From positions 62,001 through 126,000 of the forward strand of contig CDMY01000738.1 in the NCBI GenBank assembly GCA_001179505.1: 64,000 nucleotides of DNA, read 5' to 3'. The DNA is from Vitrella brassicaformis CCMP3155 (taxonomy: Eukaryota; Protista; Chromerida). Below the pieces are notes generated by a model. The model was not told the origin of the DNA. It did no database searches and saw only the letters and a list, made by a program, of their open reading frames with translations. The position numbers were made by a program, and so were the translations under genes. Of the stretch, positions 50,107 through 63,426 are shown piece by piece (within the stretch, counting starts at the first letter, position 1; each line of letters opens with the position of its first letter).

Positions 50107-51277
50107 CTATTGGTCGAAGATCCTGGCTGAGATGACGGCCCCAGCACCGCACGCGCCAGCCGAGTGGTCTGAGGGAAGCGGTCCTTGAAGGCACCGCCCA
50201 CATCAGACACAGCCGACTCGGTCGTGGTGACGTTAGCACACACTGCAGCCAAATGACAGGAGAGGACAGAGATGAGAGTGGCACCGCATTTCCTCCCCCT
50301 CGCCGTGCCGGCCTGGGCTGGGCTGACCAATGTTGAGATGTTCGACAACCTCGATGAGAATCCGTGCGACGAAGGGGTGGCCGGCGTCGGTGAGCACGAG
50401 ATGACGGTAAGGCCAGCCGTCAGGGGAGCGGTATGATGCAGTTGTGGTACATCCCTCCACTGATATGTGGGGTGACTGTGTCACAATGGTGTGGAGCCGG
50501 TTGTTGTCGATATACCTGACACATACATACATACACATAAGACAGACTCGTATGTCGTAGCAGTGCCAACACAGTGTGATGCCCCGCTTGACCTGTCCAT
50601 GAGACTGCTAGTGCTTTTGTGCTGCTGAGTCCGCAATATGTGGTTGATGACAAGGCTCTTGACCATCGATGACACATACGCGTAGTCACGAGCCGCCAGT
50701 CGCACCCGGCCCGTGTGCGGCCGATATCCAATCCTGCTGCGGACGGGTGGATCGTGCTCTTGTCGGTGCTGCCGGTAGAGGTGGTTGGGAGGGAGGGGTG
50801 GGTTGGTGTCCATCTCGAAGCCGTCTTCGTCCTTGATGGCCCGCAGTGTGTTGCCGTGCTGAAACAGCTGAAAGGTCACACCGTTGCCGAAGTCGATATG
50901 GGGGCCGACCATCTTGAGCTGAGCCAATCCATGGGGAGCGGCCAAATACGCCTACATGACCACACACACAGAGAGAGAAGAATGAACAAAACCCCTTCCT
51001 CTGCCCTCCCACCCCTTTGTGTGCGCCTTACCGTCTTGTTTGCGTGTTTGTTGATGTCGTCAGCAGTCAGCCGCACCGGCAGAATGCAGCGGCCGCAGTG
51101 CGCCGCCAGCCGCAGTATGTCGGCGACCTCGTCCCACGTCTGCTCCTCCACCAGCCACATGGCCGCCAGCAGCACACGTGGCTCAGACACCGTCTGGGCG
51201 TCGAAGGCCAGCACTGTGTCGAGCCATGTGCCGTCGGCGAGCCGAATTCGGTGCAGGGAGTGGGTGAGTCGGGTGCG
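50107..51277 (-). CDS. Lineage-specific family protein, copy A (5' end lost in gap)
   Basis: RTRLTHSLHRIRLADGTWLDTVLAFDAQTVSEPRVLLAAMWLVEEQTWDEV...; near-identical to copies B and C; ends ...QDLRPIDS frame equivalent with TAG at 50107. Confidence 0.75.
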
Positions 51278-51577
51278 NNNNNNNNNNNNNNNNNNNNNNN
51301 NNNNNNNNNNNNNNNNNNNNNNNNNNNNNNNNNNNNNNNNNNNNNNNNNNNNNNNNNNNNNNNNNNNNNNNNNNNNNNNNNNNNNNNNNNNNNNNNNNNN
51401 NNNNNNNNNNNNNNNNNNNNNNNNNNNNNNNNNNNNNNNNNNNNNNNNNNNNNNNNNNNNNNNNNNNNNNNNNNNNNNNNNNNNNNNNNNNNNNNNNNNN
51501 NNNNNNNNNNNNNNNNNNNNNNNNNNNNNNNNNNNNNNNNNNNNNNNNNNNNNNNNNNNNNNNNNNNNNNNNNNNNN
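51278..51577. other. Assembly gap (300 N)
   Basis: Run of N between tandem paralogs. Confidence 0.99.
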
Positions 51578-51678
51578 CTGACACACAGCTGGAACCGCAC
51601 AGAGAGACACCATTGCGTATGTGGTGTGGGATCTGCTTCTCGTGTCAGCCGTGTTTGATACAAACATACCTCAGCTGT

Positions 51679-53020
51679 TTATCGGTCGAAGGTCCTCTGT
51701 GAGATGATGGGCCCCAGCACCGCCCGCGCCAGCCGGGTGGTCACTGGGAAGCGGTCCCTGAAGGCACCACCCCTACCAGACACAGCGGACTCGGTCGTCT
51801 CGACCCACAGTAGCACTGCGAAGGAATGACAGGATAGAGCACAGCAGATGAGAGTGAGCGCTTTGTGTCTGTGCGCATGGGCTGTGCCGTGCTGGGCTGA
51901 CCGGTGTTGTCGGGGTACTGGGCATCCCTGATGGCGATCCATGCGACGAACGGGTGGCCGGCATTGGTCAGGACGAGATGACGAAAGGGTTCGCCGCCAA
52001 TGCTGAATGATGTCGTTGTGGTGCATCCCTCCACTGGTGTGTGGGGGGACTGTGTAAGCAGGGTGTCCAGCCGGTCGTTGTCAACATGCCTGACACACAC
52101 ACACAACGTGCACTCGAGTGTCATGACAATGCCCACACGGAGTGATGCCCCGCCTCACCTGTTGATTGTACGGCTGGTGAAGTTGTACTGGTGAGTGGCT
52201 GCGAAGTGCCGAAGGATGGTGCTCTTGACCAACGACGACACGGACGAGTAGTCACGAGCACCCAGCAGCCGCCAGCCCTCGAGCGGATCATATTGGATCC
52301 TGCTGCGGACTGGCGGGTCATGCGCTTGTCGGTGCTGTTGGTAGGGGTGGTTGGCAGGGAGGGGCGGGTCGATGTCGATCTCGAAGCCGTCCTGATCCTT
52401 GACGGCCCGCAGTGTGTCGCCGTGTTGGAACAGCTGGAAGGTCACGCCGTTGCCGAAGTCGATGTGGGGGCCGACCATCTTGAGCTGAGCCAACACACGA
52501 GGAGCGGCCAAATACGCCTACACGACCACACACGCACAGAGAAGAATGAATGAGGCCCTCTCGTTGCCCTCCCGCCCCTGTGTGTGCGTCTCACCGTCTT
52601 GTTGGCGTGGCTGTTGATGTCGTCAGCAGTCAGCCGCACCGGCAGGGTGCACCGGCCGCACTGCGCCGCCAGCCGCAGTATGTCGACGACCTCGTCCCAC
52701 GTCTGCTCCTCCACCAGCCACATGGCCGCCAGCAGCACACGTGGCTCAGACACCGTCTGGGCGTCGAAGGCCAGCACTGTGTCGAGCCATGTGCCGTCGG
52801 CGAGCCGAATTCGGTGCAGGGAGTGGGTGAGTCGGGTGCGGAGTGCATTGGGAGGGAAGTCGATGCGGCTGTGGTGGCGGGCCGCCACTCTGAGGCTGCC
52901 GACGTCCTTGACCTTGAGCAGCCGAACTCGCGAGTCACCGAAGATGCAGCGGACGGCCTCGCCGTTGATGACGGGCGAGTCCAGGTCGCTGCTCCTGCTG
53001 CTGGGCCGAGGCCGAGTCAT
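51679..53020 (-). CDS. Lineage-specific family protein, copy B (4 exons)
   Basis: MTRPRPSSRSSDLDSPVINGEAVRCIFGDSRVRLLKVKDVGSLRVAARHH...; later exons in frame to FRDRFPVTTRLARAVLG...FDR*. Confidence 0.8.
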
Positions 53021-53540
53021 GGCTGACACGAGTAACACGTAGAGTAAGTGAAACAGACACAGACAGGAAATAGCACACACACAACCGCTGCGACAGTGTG
53101 GGATGACGCATTCATGAATTGCTTTGCTGGTGGAATGCAGACGACCTACCGATCTGACGCAATGAAGCAAATTCAGCCGTTCGAAAGGAGGGAACCTGCG
53201 ATCTGCCGGGTTCATACCCTGAAGCCCCAGAAAACCCTATGAATTATCCTCGCACTCCTCGCACTCATCAATTTCTGCTGTTTTGGTGTTTTTGGTCACC
53301 TTTGTGGCTGAGGAGCGATTTGCCGTGGCTACTGACCAGGTGAGCGCATGGCGCGGGAGGGCTCGAGGGCTCACAGGGAGATGGCGACACACGAGCACAG
53401 AAATGAGAATTCAGACCGAGAAACGGCGCTTTCACAATACTTTCCGCCGGTCTGATTCGGTCCTGTGCTGTGTGTTATGGTTGCAGGCTTGTTAAGTTGT
53501 TCATGCGGACTGCTGCTGATAGCAACAAGTGATCGGCGCC

Positions 53541-56316
53541 ATGGATGTAGCTCAGGTGGGTGGCGGCCTGACGAACAAGACAAGCCAGCAACTCCCATCC
53601 AACAGCTGTTGTGTGTTGTGTGCTCTGTGCTGTGTTTAGTTGAAGGAGCAGGCGGCGCGTGTGGAGCAGGGCCTGGACCAGCTGCGGCAGCTCCACTCGA
53701 AGGTATGCTGTGATTGATGCCCCTGACAGGCCCAGCGCCACACTCTCTTTCGCTGTGTTGATGGTTCTTTCCCTTGATTTCTCGGCGGCTGCATCAGGTT
53801 GGTGCTCGTCTATCGAAGATCAATCAGCTGGACCCTGCCAATCACCCTGCCGAGGTACACGCAGAGTCCGCACTAGCCAGCAGGTCACGGCACATGGTTT
53901 GGTGCGCTTCGGTCGCAGGCATCGTCCCATGAGTCGCTGCTGGTGCACACTCAGCTGTCCTTTCTGGAGTCTTATGTCAACGCCGCCGTCACTCAGCTGT
54001 CGTCTGTCGAGTCGGGCCTCTCGGGAGCCGTGGATGCTCTGGCGGCCGCCCCCACGCCGCCACCAGCCAATAGCTCGGCAGCTGCAGGGACCGACCAACA
54101 GCCACAGGTACACATCATCCACCCGCAATTGTCAGACGAGAGCATGGTGTCCATTCCGTCTCGTGTGTTGGTCACAGGCGCGGCGATCATCGTATCGTCT
54201 GGTGCATCGGAGCAGCATCCCACCTTCCGTCTACGAAGGACCGGTAGGAATGACAACAGGATAGATCTCATACAGAAAAAAACTTAGCCTATTGATGCCC
54301 TCCCTCTTTGCCCTCAGGCCCGTCGCCGTCTGTCCCGTGATGAGCTCTCCAACGTGTTCGGCCACCTGCAGCCCTGGGAGCTGACACACTACCGCCGACC
54401 CCTCGGCACGCGCCTTTTCAACCAATCGGCCGCCAACTACACCAACCCGGTCATCGACTGTGAGGACGACAAGGCCAGGCGTATGTGGGCGGCCATGCCA
54501 CTGGCCGTGGCGCAGAGGTTGGGGCAGAGGGCGACCAACATCAGAGAGATCAAGCACCGCTACCCCGAGGATTGCGAGTGTTGGTGTCTGGGGACGTGGG
54601 TGGCGCTGGTAGAAGGCCACGCCAGCGGCCGAGCAGCCATCGCAGCCAAAAAGAAGCGCGAGAGGGAGGGAGGGGAGGGGACAGCTGCTGCTGCGGCAGG
54701 GCAAGCTGACGGCAGCGGGCAGTCGGCTGATGACGGCACATTAGAGGTGCTGTCATTCGAGGACGTCAAACTCGATGACAGCATTCACATCGCTTACCCC
54801 CCTCATTTGACCTTCCCCCCGCCCCCCCCGCCCCCATCCACCTCCCAGCACTCAAGACCGTCGACAACATCCCCCTCGAGTGCATCTCGGCTCGCGCAGA
54901 CCGCCAGTGGCGCACCCCTGCCGTCACGACCCTCATCGTCGGGACCGATTTGGATCTGTCATCGTATGACGAGGAGGAGTGGGACGGCCTGGAGGCGTGG
55001 GTTGGCGGGTGTGACGCCATTGAGGTGCTGGACCTCAAGCGCATCTACTTCACCACCACGGAAGGTCTGCTGAGCGCGCTGCCCGCCGACGGCAAGTCGC
55101 TGGCGGCGCTGCGCACACTGCGAGGTGTATCTATGGATGAGGCCGTGTGGATGGAAACTGACAAGGTCGGGATCGACAGGCTGCGTGAGGTGATGGTGGC
55201 GAGGGGCGTCAAGAGGTCTGTTCGCGAACTCAAGATCACCGTGAGGCGTATGCCGAGTCGTGACGGTGCTGTGACGTGGTCGGAGAGCGCTGCCCGGCTC
55301 ATGTAAGGATGCAGAAAGAGAGAGGGGTAATGACGGACGGTGCAACACATGTCTGTGCTTCGTGTACTATCAGTGAGGCCGTTGCGGCTCCCGAAGTAGT
55401 CTGGGAGGAGGTCTTCGCACCCACCGACGATTCCACATCTGGACGCATTGACGCGGAGCTTCTCTCGCTCAGCAGCAGCACCGGCACCCTCCCCGCCCAG
55501 AAGCTCATCGTCGACTACGCCAAGACTGCCGGCACCGTGACATACAGCGGGTGTCACGAGACCACCCCCAACGCCATCACGGACGACGCATTCGCCGCCG
55601 CCCACACCCTACGGCTGGTCGGCGATGCACTGGCCGACAGCGACAAGAAGAATCGCGCAGTCGATATCGCCTCCAAGATGCCCAACCTGGCGCGCATCGA
55701 GGCACCACATCGGTTGGGTGAGACCCTGACCGCACCAGTTCGTGAGGTGTGGCGGTTCCTCGAGCGGCTGCAGACGGCGCGGGAGAGCAGGGGGCGGGCG
55801 GAGAAGAGCCTGTCGTATGTGGGTCTCACCCTGCCGCCAGGGGCACTTGCAATATCTACGGACAATCCTGCGAGCCCCTGTCTGTGGGATCCGGACATCC
55901 ACCAGTTGCCGCCGATTGCTGAAGTGTGTGTTGACGTATTAGGTGAGGAGGAACTAACGGGAATGAGTGGGAGAGCTGGTCGGCGTGGCATCTGTGTGTG
56001 TACGGTGCTATGGTTTGTGTGTTTGCTTCAGGCATGGTAGCGGATGACCGGTTGGAGGCGTTTTACAATGGTGTGATGGCCACGGTGGTCTCGTTCACCA
56101 GCAAGCTCAAGGTGCCCGACACATAACATGCCGCGCCCGACGCATAGTATGCCTCTTGTCCCATGACAGGGCCACACGAAGAGCACAGTGCAGCTGTGCC
56201 CTGGCATGATGGATGATTTTCGCCAGCGCTTCCTGGTGAAAGGCCTCAACATCAATGCCGGCCCGTACCAGCTCAGCATATTCAGGCGCACCTTGTTAGT
56301 CGAGCGGCGCACCTGA
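53541..56316 (+). CDS. Lineage-specific family protein with N-terminal coiled coil; frame shift in the poly-C run at ~54812-54836
   Basis: In-frame exons MDVAQ|LKEQAARVEQGLDQL...|ARRRLSRDELSNVFGHLQPWEL...; the frame changes in a C-rich homopolymer tract (possible sequencing error) and then runs to ...LVERRT*. Confidence 0.65.
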
Positions 56317-57468
56317 CCGCCAGCTGTCTGTCAATCAGGTGAGGGAAGTGAGCTTCGAGAGAAGAGCAGGCCATCAGCAGCCAGACAACGTGACCAAAGT
56401 AGGTGCGCATCTCACCCTGTCTCTCTGTTGTGTATCCATCCTGTGTGTCAGATAGGCGAGTCTGGTGGACTTGCGGCCGATGTAGCTTGCTTGTGTGAGA
56501 GTGGGTGTGGTGTGATGATGGCTGGCATCGATTCATCCTTTCATGTGCACAGCTGTCAGTGGAATGACAGACATGTGTGTGATTGATTGATCCGCATATG
56601 ATCGGCATACGCATGCGTATGGTGCCGCCGACCCACCGGCATGCATATGGGTCCGCCGACAGGCCAATCATCATCAACGCGACCACATGCATCGCATCAG
56701 GCCACAGGCAACAATAGAGAGAGGATTGAGCCATGGATCGGATCGCATTGGATGCAGCGAGTGACTGTATACCTGTACAGGGAGGAGGAAGGGGCCGACA
56801 TGGGGCAAGGCACATGACATGGCTCCCACCCGCTCGCCCACCCACCACATGCATATGACGTTTGTCTGCACTGCACGAGAAAAAGGGATTGGAGCACATC
56901 GCTCCAGTATCTATGGATGTGTGTGCATGAAAGCGTTCAGCAAAAGCGCCTCGGCGACCGAGTGCCATGCATGGAGTCACACACAAACAGCATGATGTCA
57001 GGACGACACACACAGAGAGAGATTGTAAGGTAACCCTCCCGCCGACCCACCAGCCACCACCCACCAGCCACACGCATCAATCAACCGCCGTGCGCCCACA
57101 AGCAGGCAAAATGGCCGACTGCATGGGAACAGCCTGTCTGTCTGTGTGTCTGTCTGTCGGCTGTGATGTGTGGATGTGGATGGGCAGCGAGTGTGAAACA
57201 CACACCGCCGTGTCTGTATGTGTGTACGTCTGGATGTTTGTGTGGAGCAAGCAATGGGTCACGGCAGCCAGCCACTGACAATAAATGCACACACGCATAT
57301 CGTGCAGCGCATTAGCAGGCAGGCAGATGGACAGAGACCGGCCGGTGCGCAAAGGCTCCGCCCAGCCTGACACACACACGGAAAGACAGACAACATTGCG
57401 GGCGTCGTGTACGTGTGCATCTGTATCTGCGGCTCGTGTCAGTCGTGTTTGGTGCACACCTCAGCTGT

Positions 57469-58338
57469 CTATTGGCCGAAGATCCTGGCTGAGATGACGG
57501 CCCCCAGCACCGCACGCGCCAGCCGAGTGGTCTGAGGGAAGCGGTCCTTGAAGGCACCACCCCAAGCACCACCCACACCAGACACAGCCGACTCGGTCGT
57601 CGCAACTCTCACACCCACTGCAAGCGAATGACAGGAGAGGAAACACACTAAAGTGGTTTCTCACCCTCTTCCCCTTCTCTGTTGCGTGCTGTGCTGGGCT
57701 GACAGGCGGAGGCTTCCGTGATCTCGATCCATGCCAGGAATGAGTGGCTGGCGTCGGTTAGGACGAGACGACGATAAGCAAAGCGGTCACGGGAGAAGCG
57801 GCCTGATGCCGTTGTGGTGCATCCCTCCACTGGTGTGTGTGGGGACTGTGGCATGATGGTGTGCAGCCGGTTGTTGTCGACATGCCTGACCGGTGAAGGA
57901 CACACACAGATGACAATGCCCACACAGGGTGATGCCCAACCCTGACCTGTCGACAGAACGGTAAGTGCTGTTGACCTGGTGAGTCCACACGAAGTGGTTG
58001 AGGACGATGCTCTTGACAAACGACGATACAGACGAGTAGTCGAGAGGACCCAGCAGTCCCAGCGGCTGCGGCCGCCAGCCCGCAGACCGATATTCTATTC
58101 TGCTGCGGACGGGCGGGTCATGCGGCTGTCGGTGCTGCTGGTAGGGGTGGTTGGGAGGGAGGGACGGGTCGATGGTCATCTCGAAGCCGTACTGGTCCTT
58201 GATGGCCCTCAGTCTGTTGCCGTGGTGGAACAGCTGGAAGGTCACGCCGTCGCTTAAATCGATGTAGGGGCCGACCATCTTGAGCTGAGCCAACACACGA
58301 GGAATGGCCAAATACACCTACACAACCACACACGCACA

Positions 58339-58376
<38 letters not shown>

Positions 58377-58854
58377 AGAATGAATGAGGTCCTCTCTATG
58401 CCCTCCCGCCCCTTTGTGTGCGTCTCACCGTCTTGCTGGCGTGTCTGTTGATGTCGTCGGCAGTCAGCCACACCGGCAGCGTGCAGCGGCCGCACTGCGC
58501 CGCCAGCCGCAGTATGTCCGTCACCTCGTCCCACGTCTGCTCCTCCACCAGCCACATGGCCGCTAGCAGCACCCGTGGCTCAGACACCGTCTGGGCGTCG
58601 AAGGCCAGCACTGCGTCGAGCCGTGTGCCGTCGGCGAGCCGAATTCGATGCAGCGAGTGGGTGAGTCGGGTGCGGAGGGCATTGGGAGGGAAGTCGACGA
58701 GGCTGTGGTGGCGGGCCGCCACTCTAAGGCTGCCGACGTCCTTGACCTTGAGCAGCCGAACTCGCGAGTCACCGAAGATGCAGCGGACGGCCTCGCCGTT
58801 GATGACGGGCGAGTCCAGGTCGCTGCTTCTGCTGCTGGGCCGAGGCTGAGTCAT
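57469..58854 (-). CDS. Lineage-specific family protein, copy C (4 exons)
   Basis: MTQPRPSSRSSDLDSPVINGEAVRCIFGDSRV..., same exon layout as copy B; upstream noncoding block GCATTCATGAATTGCTTTGCT also shared (53108, 58932). Confidence 0.8.
58325..58378 (+). repeat. Intronic (CA)n(GA)n microsatellite, representative of many in the window
   Basis: Direct reading; similar (CA/GT)n, (GACA)n, (GGAT)n tracts occur in most introns. Confidence 0.9.
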
Positions 58855-59204
58855 GGCGGACGCAACAGTAACTGCAGACAAGAAAGAGCACACACACACA
58901 CACAACTGCTTACAGTGTCACAGTGGATGGCGCATTCATGAATTGCTTTGCTTGTGGAAGGCAGCCGACCCACCGATCTGACGCAGCACCGCTTCTGCCC
59001 CATTCGCTTAGGGCAGGGCCAAAAGATGTGCTGCAAGCTCACGATGGGGGAGAGGAAGAACGTAAAGCAGGAAACTAGCATACCATCCGCCCTCTATCGG
59101 CCCTCGGCCACAAGGCCATCCAATAAGTGCATTCTTTGCACATTTCGTCGCCCCTGCCTCGTCGCCTACGGGAACCCACTCTGCATCCGGAATCACACAG
59201 TGAT

Positions 59205-59645
59205 CATATAGAAACCGGCTCTGATTTCTATTGTGCAGCACCTGGAATCACGGAATCAGAAATCGAAATCGTTACCCCCCACTGGCGAAGTGATTTTGGT
59301 TCTGATTTGACCTCTAGGGTTTAAGAGAGCGGTTTCACGAAATAAGACCCTAATTCCTAACCCTAAACCCCAGAGAGAAATCATTGAATCAGAATCAGAA
59401 ATCGAAATCGTTAACCCCGTCTGAGAGAGGTGATTCCGGCCATCGGGTGATTCCATGATTTAGGGTCATGCACTGATTCATATCTCGACAACCAGTGATT
59501 CCAGAGAGTCAATCGGGGGCGCAAAAACACGGCCAAAGGCCACTCTTTACGTGTGCCAAACGACGTCCTCTCACTCTCAATGGTCAGCGCGCTGTGACGA
59601 CAACAAGGTCTGATTTCTATGCTGTGATTTCGTGATTCCAAAAAA
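59205..59645. repeat. AT-richer island with AATCA/TGATT motifs, a 22-bp direct repeat and telomere-like hexa/heptamers
   Basis: GAATCAGAAATCGAAATCGTTA at ~59253 and ~59392; CCCTAATTCCTAACCCTAAACCC at ~59348-59370; TTTAGGG at ~59459. Confidence 0.6.
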
Positions 59646-59700
59646 AAGTGAGTTCCCGTGGCTCGTCGCTCGACGTCCGAGCCCCCTCCCCACCCCCCCT

Positions 59701-60924
59701 ATGGCCCGCCTGCCGGCGGACGCCGGCAGGATAGCGGCCCGATGCCTGGCGAGGGTCGCCAACCATCCAGATGCCTTCCCGCATCTGGACATGGCGACCA
59801 GCACTGGGATACGGCTGACGCCGGGCATCGTGTTTCACCACCTGCTGTGGTTTAGCGTTCGAGACCATCACGAAAACCTCCACGTAAGCCGGGCGGGTCG
59901 CACACAGGGATAGGAGGGAGGGTGGAGGGGCCAGGATGCGTTTGATGCATCTGTGCATCTGCCAATGTGTCTCTGGTGTGTTTGTGTGTGGGTCTTGTGT
60001 GTGGTGCAGTACACCGTGCTGCCCGAGTACTACATTCCCATCGTCACGCAGGACCTCCAGTTGACCAACAACGAGTTGCGCACCACAGCAGAGTGGAACG
60101 TAAGCACAGAAACGACGCACCAGATACACACATGCATGCACTCTGATCACTCCCTGTCTGTGTGTCTGCTGTGTGTGGTCCCTTTCTCTCTGTCAGTACG
60201 AGTGGCTGTATATCCACACGCTGATCCCCATCTGGGCCCCCCAGCCGGAGCTGCGCATCCGACTGCACGTGTGGACCAAATGCTGCATCGTGCCCATCTG
60301 CCGGCTCATCCAGGCCGCACCCGGCCAGCCGCTCATCAACAACGGGACCGTGAACCTCTACCAACAAGGCGGCAGGTGGCACGTGCGCATGAGGGTGGCC
60401 CGGACCTCCGCCTGCCCGGGCCGATTCGGGACGGTGCAGCAGCTGTTCGGCCTCACCAACGCGCAGCGGCGGGCATTGCGGCCCGTGGGTATGGGGGCGT
60501 ACCCACACGAGCCGGCGCAATATGGCCACGGCTGAATGGCAGCCAGGTGGACAACGCGTACAGGGCGTTCGTCCAGAATGTGATCAACACCTGCACCCAT
60601 CCGTAAGTGGACGGCTGTGTTGCACACATGGGGAGAGGGGAGGAGGGCCTTAATTGTGGCCACTCGTGTGATGTGTATGTGTGTGTGGATGGTTTAGGGG
60701 GCCGAGTTCTACTGCCGAGTTCAGTAGAAGGCACACACATCACCCTACAGCACAGCCCACCACACCGTATGGTGTGTGTATCATGATGTTCGTTGTCAGC
60801 CTGGAGGTGCGCTGGCCGCCCGACGGATGGCGACCGCATCACCCAGGAGAGGCTGCGGCGCACTCTTGGGCGGCTGCGGCTGTCCGACGACGTGAGGGAG
60901 ACCAAGGTGATAATGGGGTACTAG
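59701..60924 (+). CDS. Hypothetical multi-exon protein, possibly frameshifted
   Basis: Exons MARLPADAG...HHENLH|YTVLPEYYIPIV...TAEWN|YEWLYIHTLIPIWAPQPELRIRLHVW... with GT-AG boundaries; frame inconsistencies after ~60510. Confidence 0.4.
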
Positions 60925-62278
60925 GTGGTAGTGGTGGATGCAGATCGGTTCTAGGCTGGAGGGATGGACGGATGTGCATATGAGGTGATGCGTAGGCTTG
61001 GTTGGACGTTTGTGCGTGTGTGTCCGTGTGGGGACGGTTGCAAGGCGTTCCAATCAAGCGGACAACAAGGACAAAAACTGAGTTGAAGAGGTAGAGAGAG
61101 TGTCTGTCTGTTGGTCTGGCGATTCGTGTCTGATTGATGGGCCGATACGCGCAAGCCCCGCCCCGCCCGGCACACCACACCCACCTGTCTGTCTGTACAC
61201 ACACTCACAGACAGACAGACAGACATATTGATAGATTGATCCAGTCGACAAAAGTGCCCTCACTGAAAATGACCCATGTCGCCCACCCCTCACCCATGGC
61301 AGGGAGGCAGGCAGGTGAGCGCACGGCCGGGAAGAAAATGTGAATCGATGCATAATTGCCCTTACGTATGTATGTATGTTATGCGGCAACGATAACTCAG
61401 AGATAGGGGCGGAAAAATACGTCTGTGTGTCTGTATGTGTGTGTGCCGATCTTCTCCCACCCACTCCCCCCTCCCTCCCCTCTTTCACTTCCACTGCAAA
61501 AAACAATAATCCCTCCCCCCGTCCCTCTGCCACACTTCCTTCAGGTGTCAGTTCATCCATCGGCCCATCGATCGATCGCTCCAGTAGGCAAAGCCAGCAA
61601 GCCCCGCATTGAGGCCGTCCATCCATCCATTCATCCATCCGTCCATCCAGCAGTCGATTGTACAGGCAAGGCTATGGTTACCGCTACAGACAAGTGCCAT
61701 GGTATTCCCTGTATCCGGGCCCACCCACCCCTCCCACACGCATACACGCATACCCGCATACGCCTTTTTCTATACAGCCGGCTCACGCCGGCAAACACTA
61801 AGACGACCACGGACGGGCGGAGAAAGGGGCGAGGGGAGGGGAATCGTCAAACCGCACACGCGCACACACACGCACACGCACACGCACACGTATTACAGTG
61901 GATGGGGTGGGCCAAGAAACGAGGTGCCTGCCATTCTGCCTGCCTCTCTGTGGATGAGTAAGAAATTGATGAGCAATAGCCTGACTGACTACTGCAGACA
62001 GAGGGACTGAGAGAGGGTGGATGGATGGATGGATGACCACATCGCTGCACATAAATAGAAAAAGACGCACGGAGGAACAATTTGCGGCCGCGCCACCGAC
62101 TGGGCGGGCCGCCAATCCCTCACCTACCCAATAGCATGTATACCTGTAGGGGAAAGGGAGACAGACAGGCAGACAGACAGAGCCTGGCAATCAGGCAGGC
62201 TGGGCGGCTGACGCATCCGTCAGTCAATCTCTCACAGCGGATACACGCAACACGCAACATGTAACTACACTTTTACGC

Positions 62279-62578
62279 NNNNNNNNNNNNNNNNNNNNNN
62301 NNNNNNNNNNNNNNNNNNNNNNNNNNNNNNNNNNNNNNNNNNNNNNNNNNNNNNNNNNNNNNNNNNNNNNNNNNNNNNNNNNNNNNNNNNNNNNNNNNNN
62401 NNNNNNNNNNNNNNNNNNNNNNNNNNNNNNNNNNNNNNNNNNNNNNNNNNNNNNNNNNNNNNNNNNNNNNNNNNNNNNNNNNNNNNNNNNNNNNNNNNNN
62501 NNNNNNNNNNNNNNNNNNNNNNNNNNNNNNNNNNNNNNNNNNNNNNNNNNNNNNNNNNNNNNNNNNNNNNNNNNNNNN
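62279..62578. other. Assembly gap (300 N)
   Basis: Run of N. Confidence 0.99.
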
Positions 62579-63426
62579 GCCCTTGAGCGAGTCTCACCGG
62601 CACACACGTGTGTGCGCTGCCCTGTGACGCACCGACGCACGCAAAAAGACCGCCGAAACGGCGCTCTCGCCCTCCCCTCCTTCCCCGCACACAAACCCAC
62701 CATTTCCCACCTTTGGGCGTGCCAGGCAGGCAGGCACCACACGCAGCCGGCGAAGACCAATTCGTTCTCTCATTTCATTTCATTCACCACCACACATGAG
62801 TGAGGGAAAAAAGAGCGTGAGGAAAGACATGGATGGGGTCATCTCTCCGGAGGGAGAGAGAGAGAGAGAGAGAGGATGACCATGGCACGGCAGTCAGGCA
62901 GCCACAGACGAGGCACGGCGAGCAATGCGGGCCGGGCTCTACCTGTCTGGGCGGCTCAAGGCAGCGGTAAGCTAGTATACATGAGCCAGGCCCCAGACGC
63001 ACACTCAATGACCCGCCCATCCGCCCACCGGCCCACCTCGCCAATTAATTGAAGTACTGGACTGACAAACAGCAGCGAAGAAAGTGAGTGGCTGACTCAC
63101 TCACAACAATACGCACCCACCCTCCCTCCCCCCCATCTGTCCATCCACCCACCCATGCCACGTCCAGGTCTCTCTGAGGCGGACGGGCGGCAAACGCCAC
63201 ACAACACAGCCGACAATACCCTCCCCCACCCCTCCCTCCCCGATATTGCTCATCGTTCCACAAGCCATCTGCCCTTCGTCAGCACGCCCACAGAGAGAGA
63301 TGTAGAGCACGATTGCAGCACGGCCCAGCAGCCACACCCGTAGCAAGATGCAGCCGGGACCGTGAGTGCATCGCAGCTCAGGTCTTTATGTGGACGGCTG
63401 TTAGCGACTGAATTCCTCCGACTCAA

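Noticed and set aside
54812-54836. Programmed frameshift in the poly-C tract
   Set aside because: A homopolymer sequencing error or simple indel is more parsimonious; no stimulatory structure seen.
60930-63400. Coding potential of the many short ORFs
   Set aside because: Low-complexity CA/GT/GACA/GGAT-rich intergenic DNA without protein-like motifs or a consistent exon chain.
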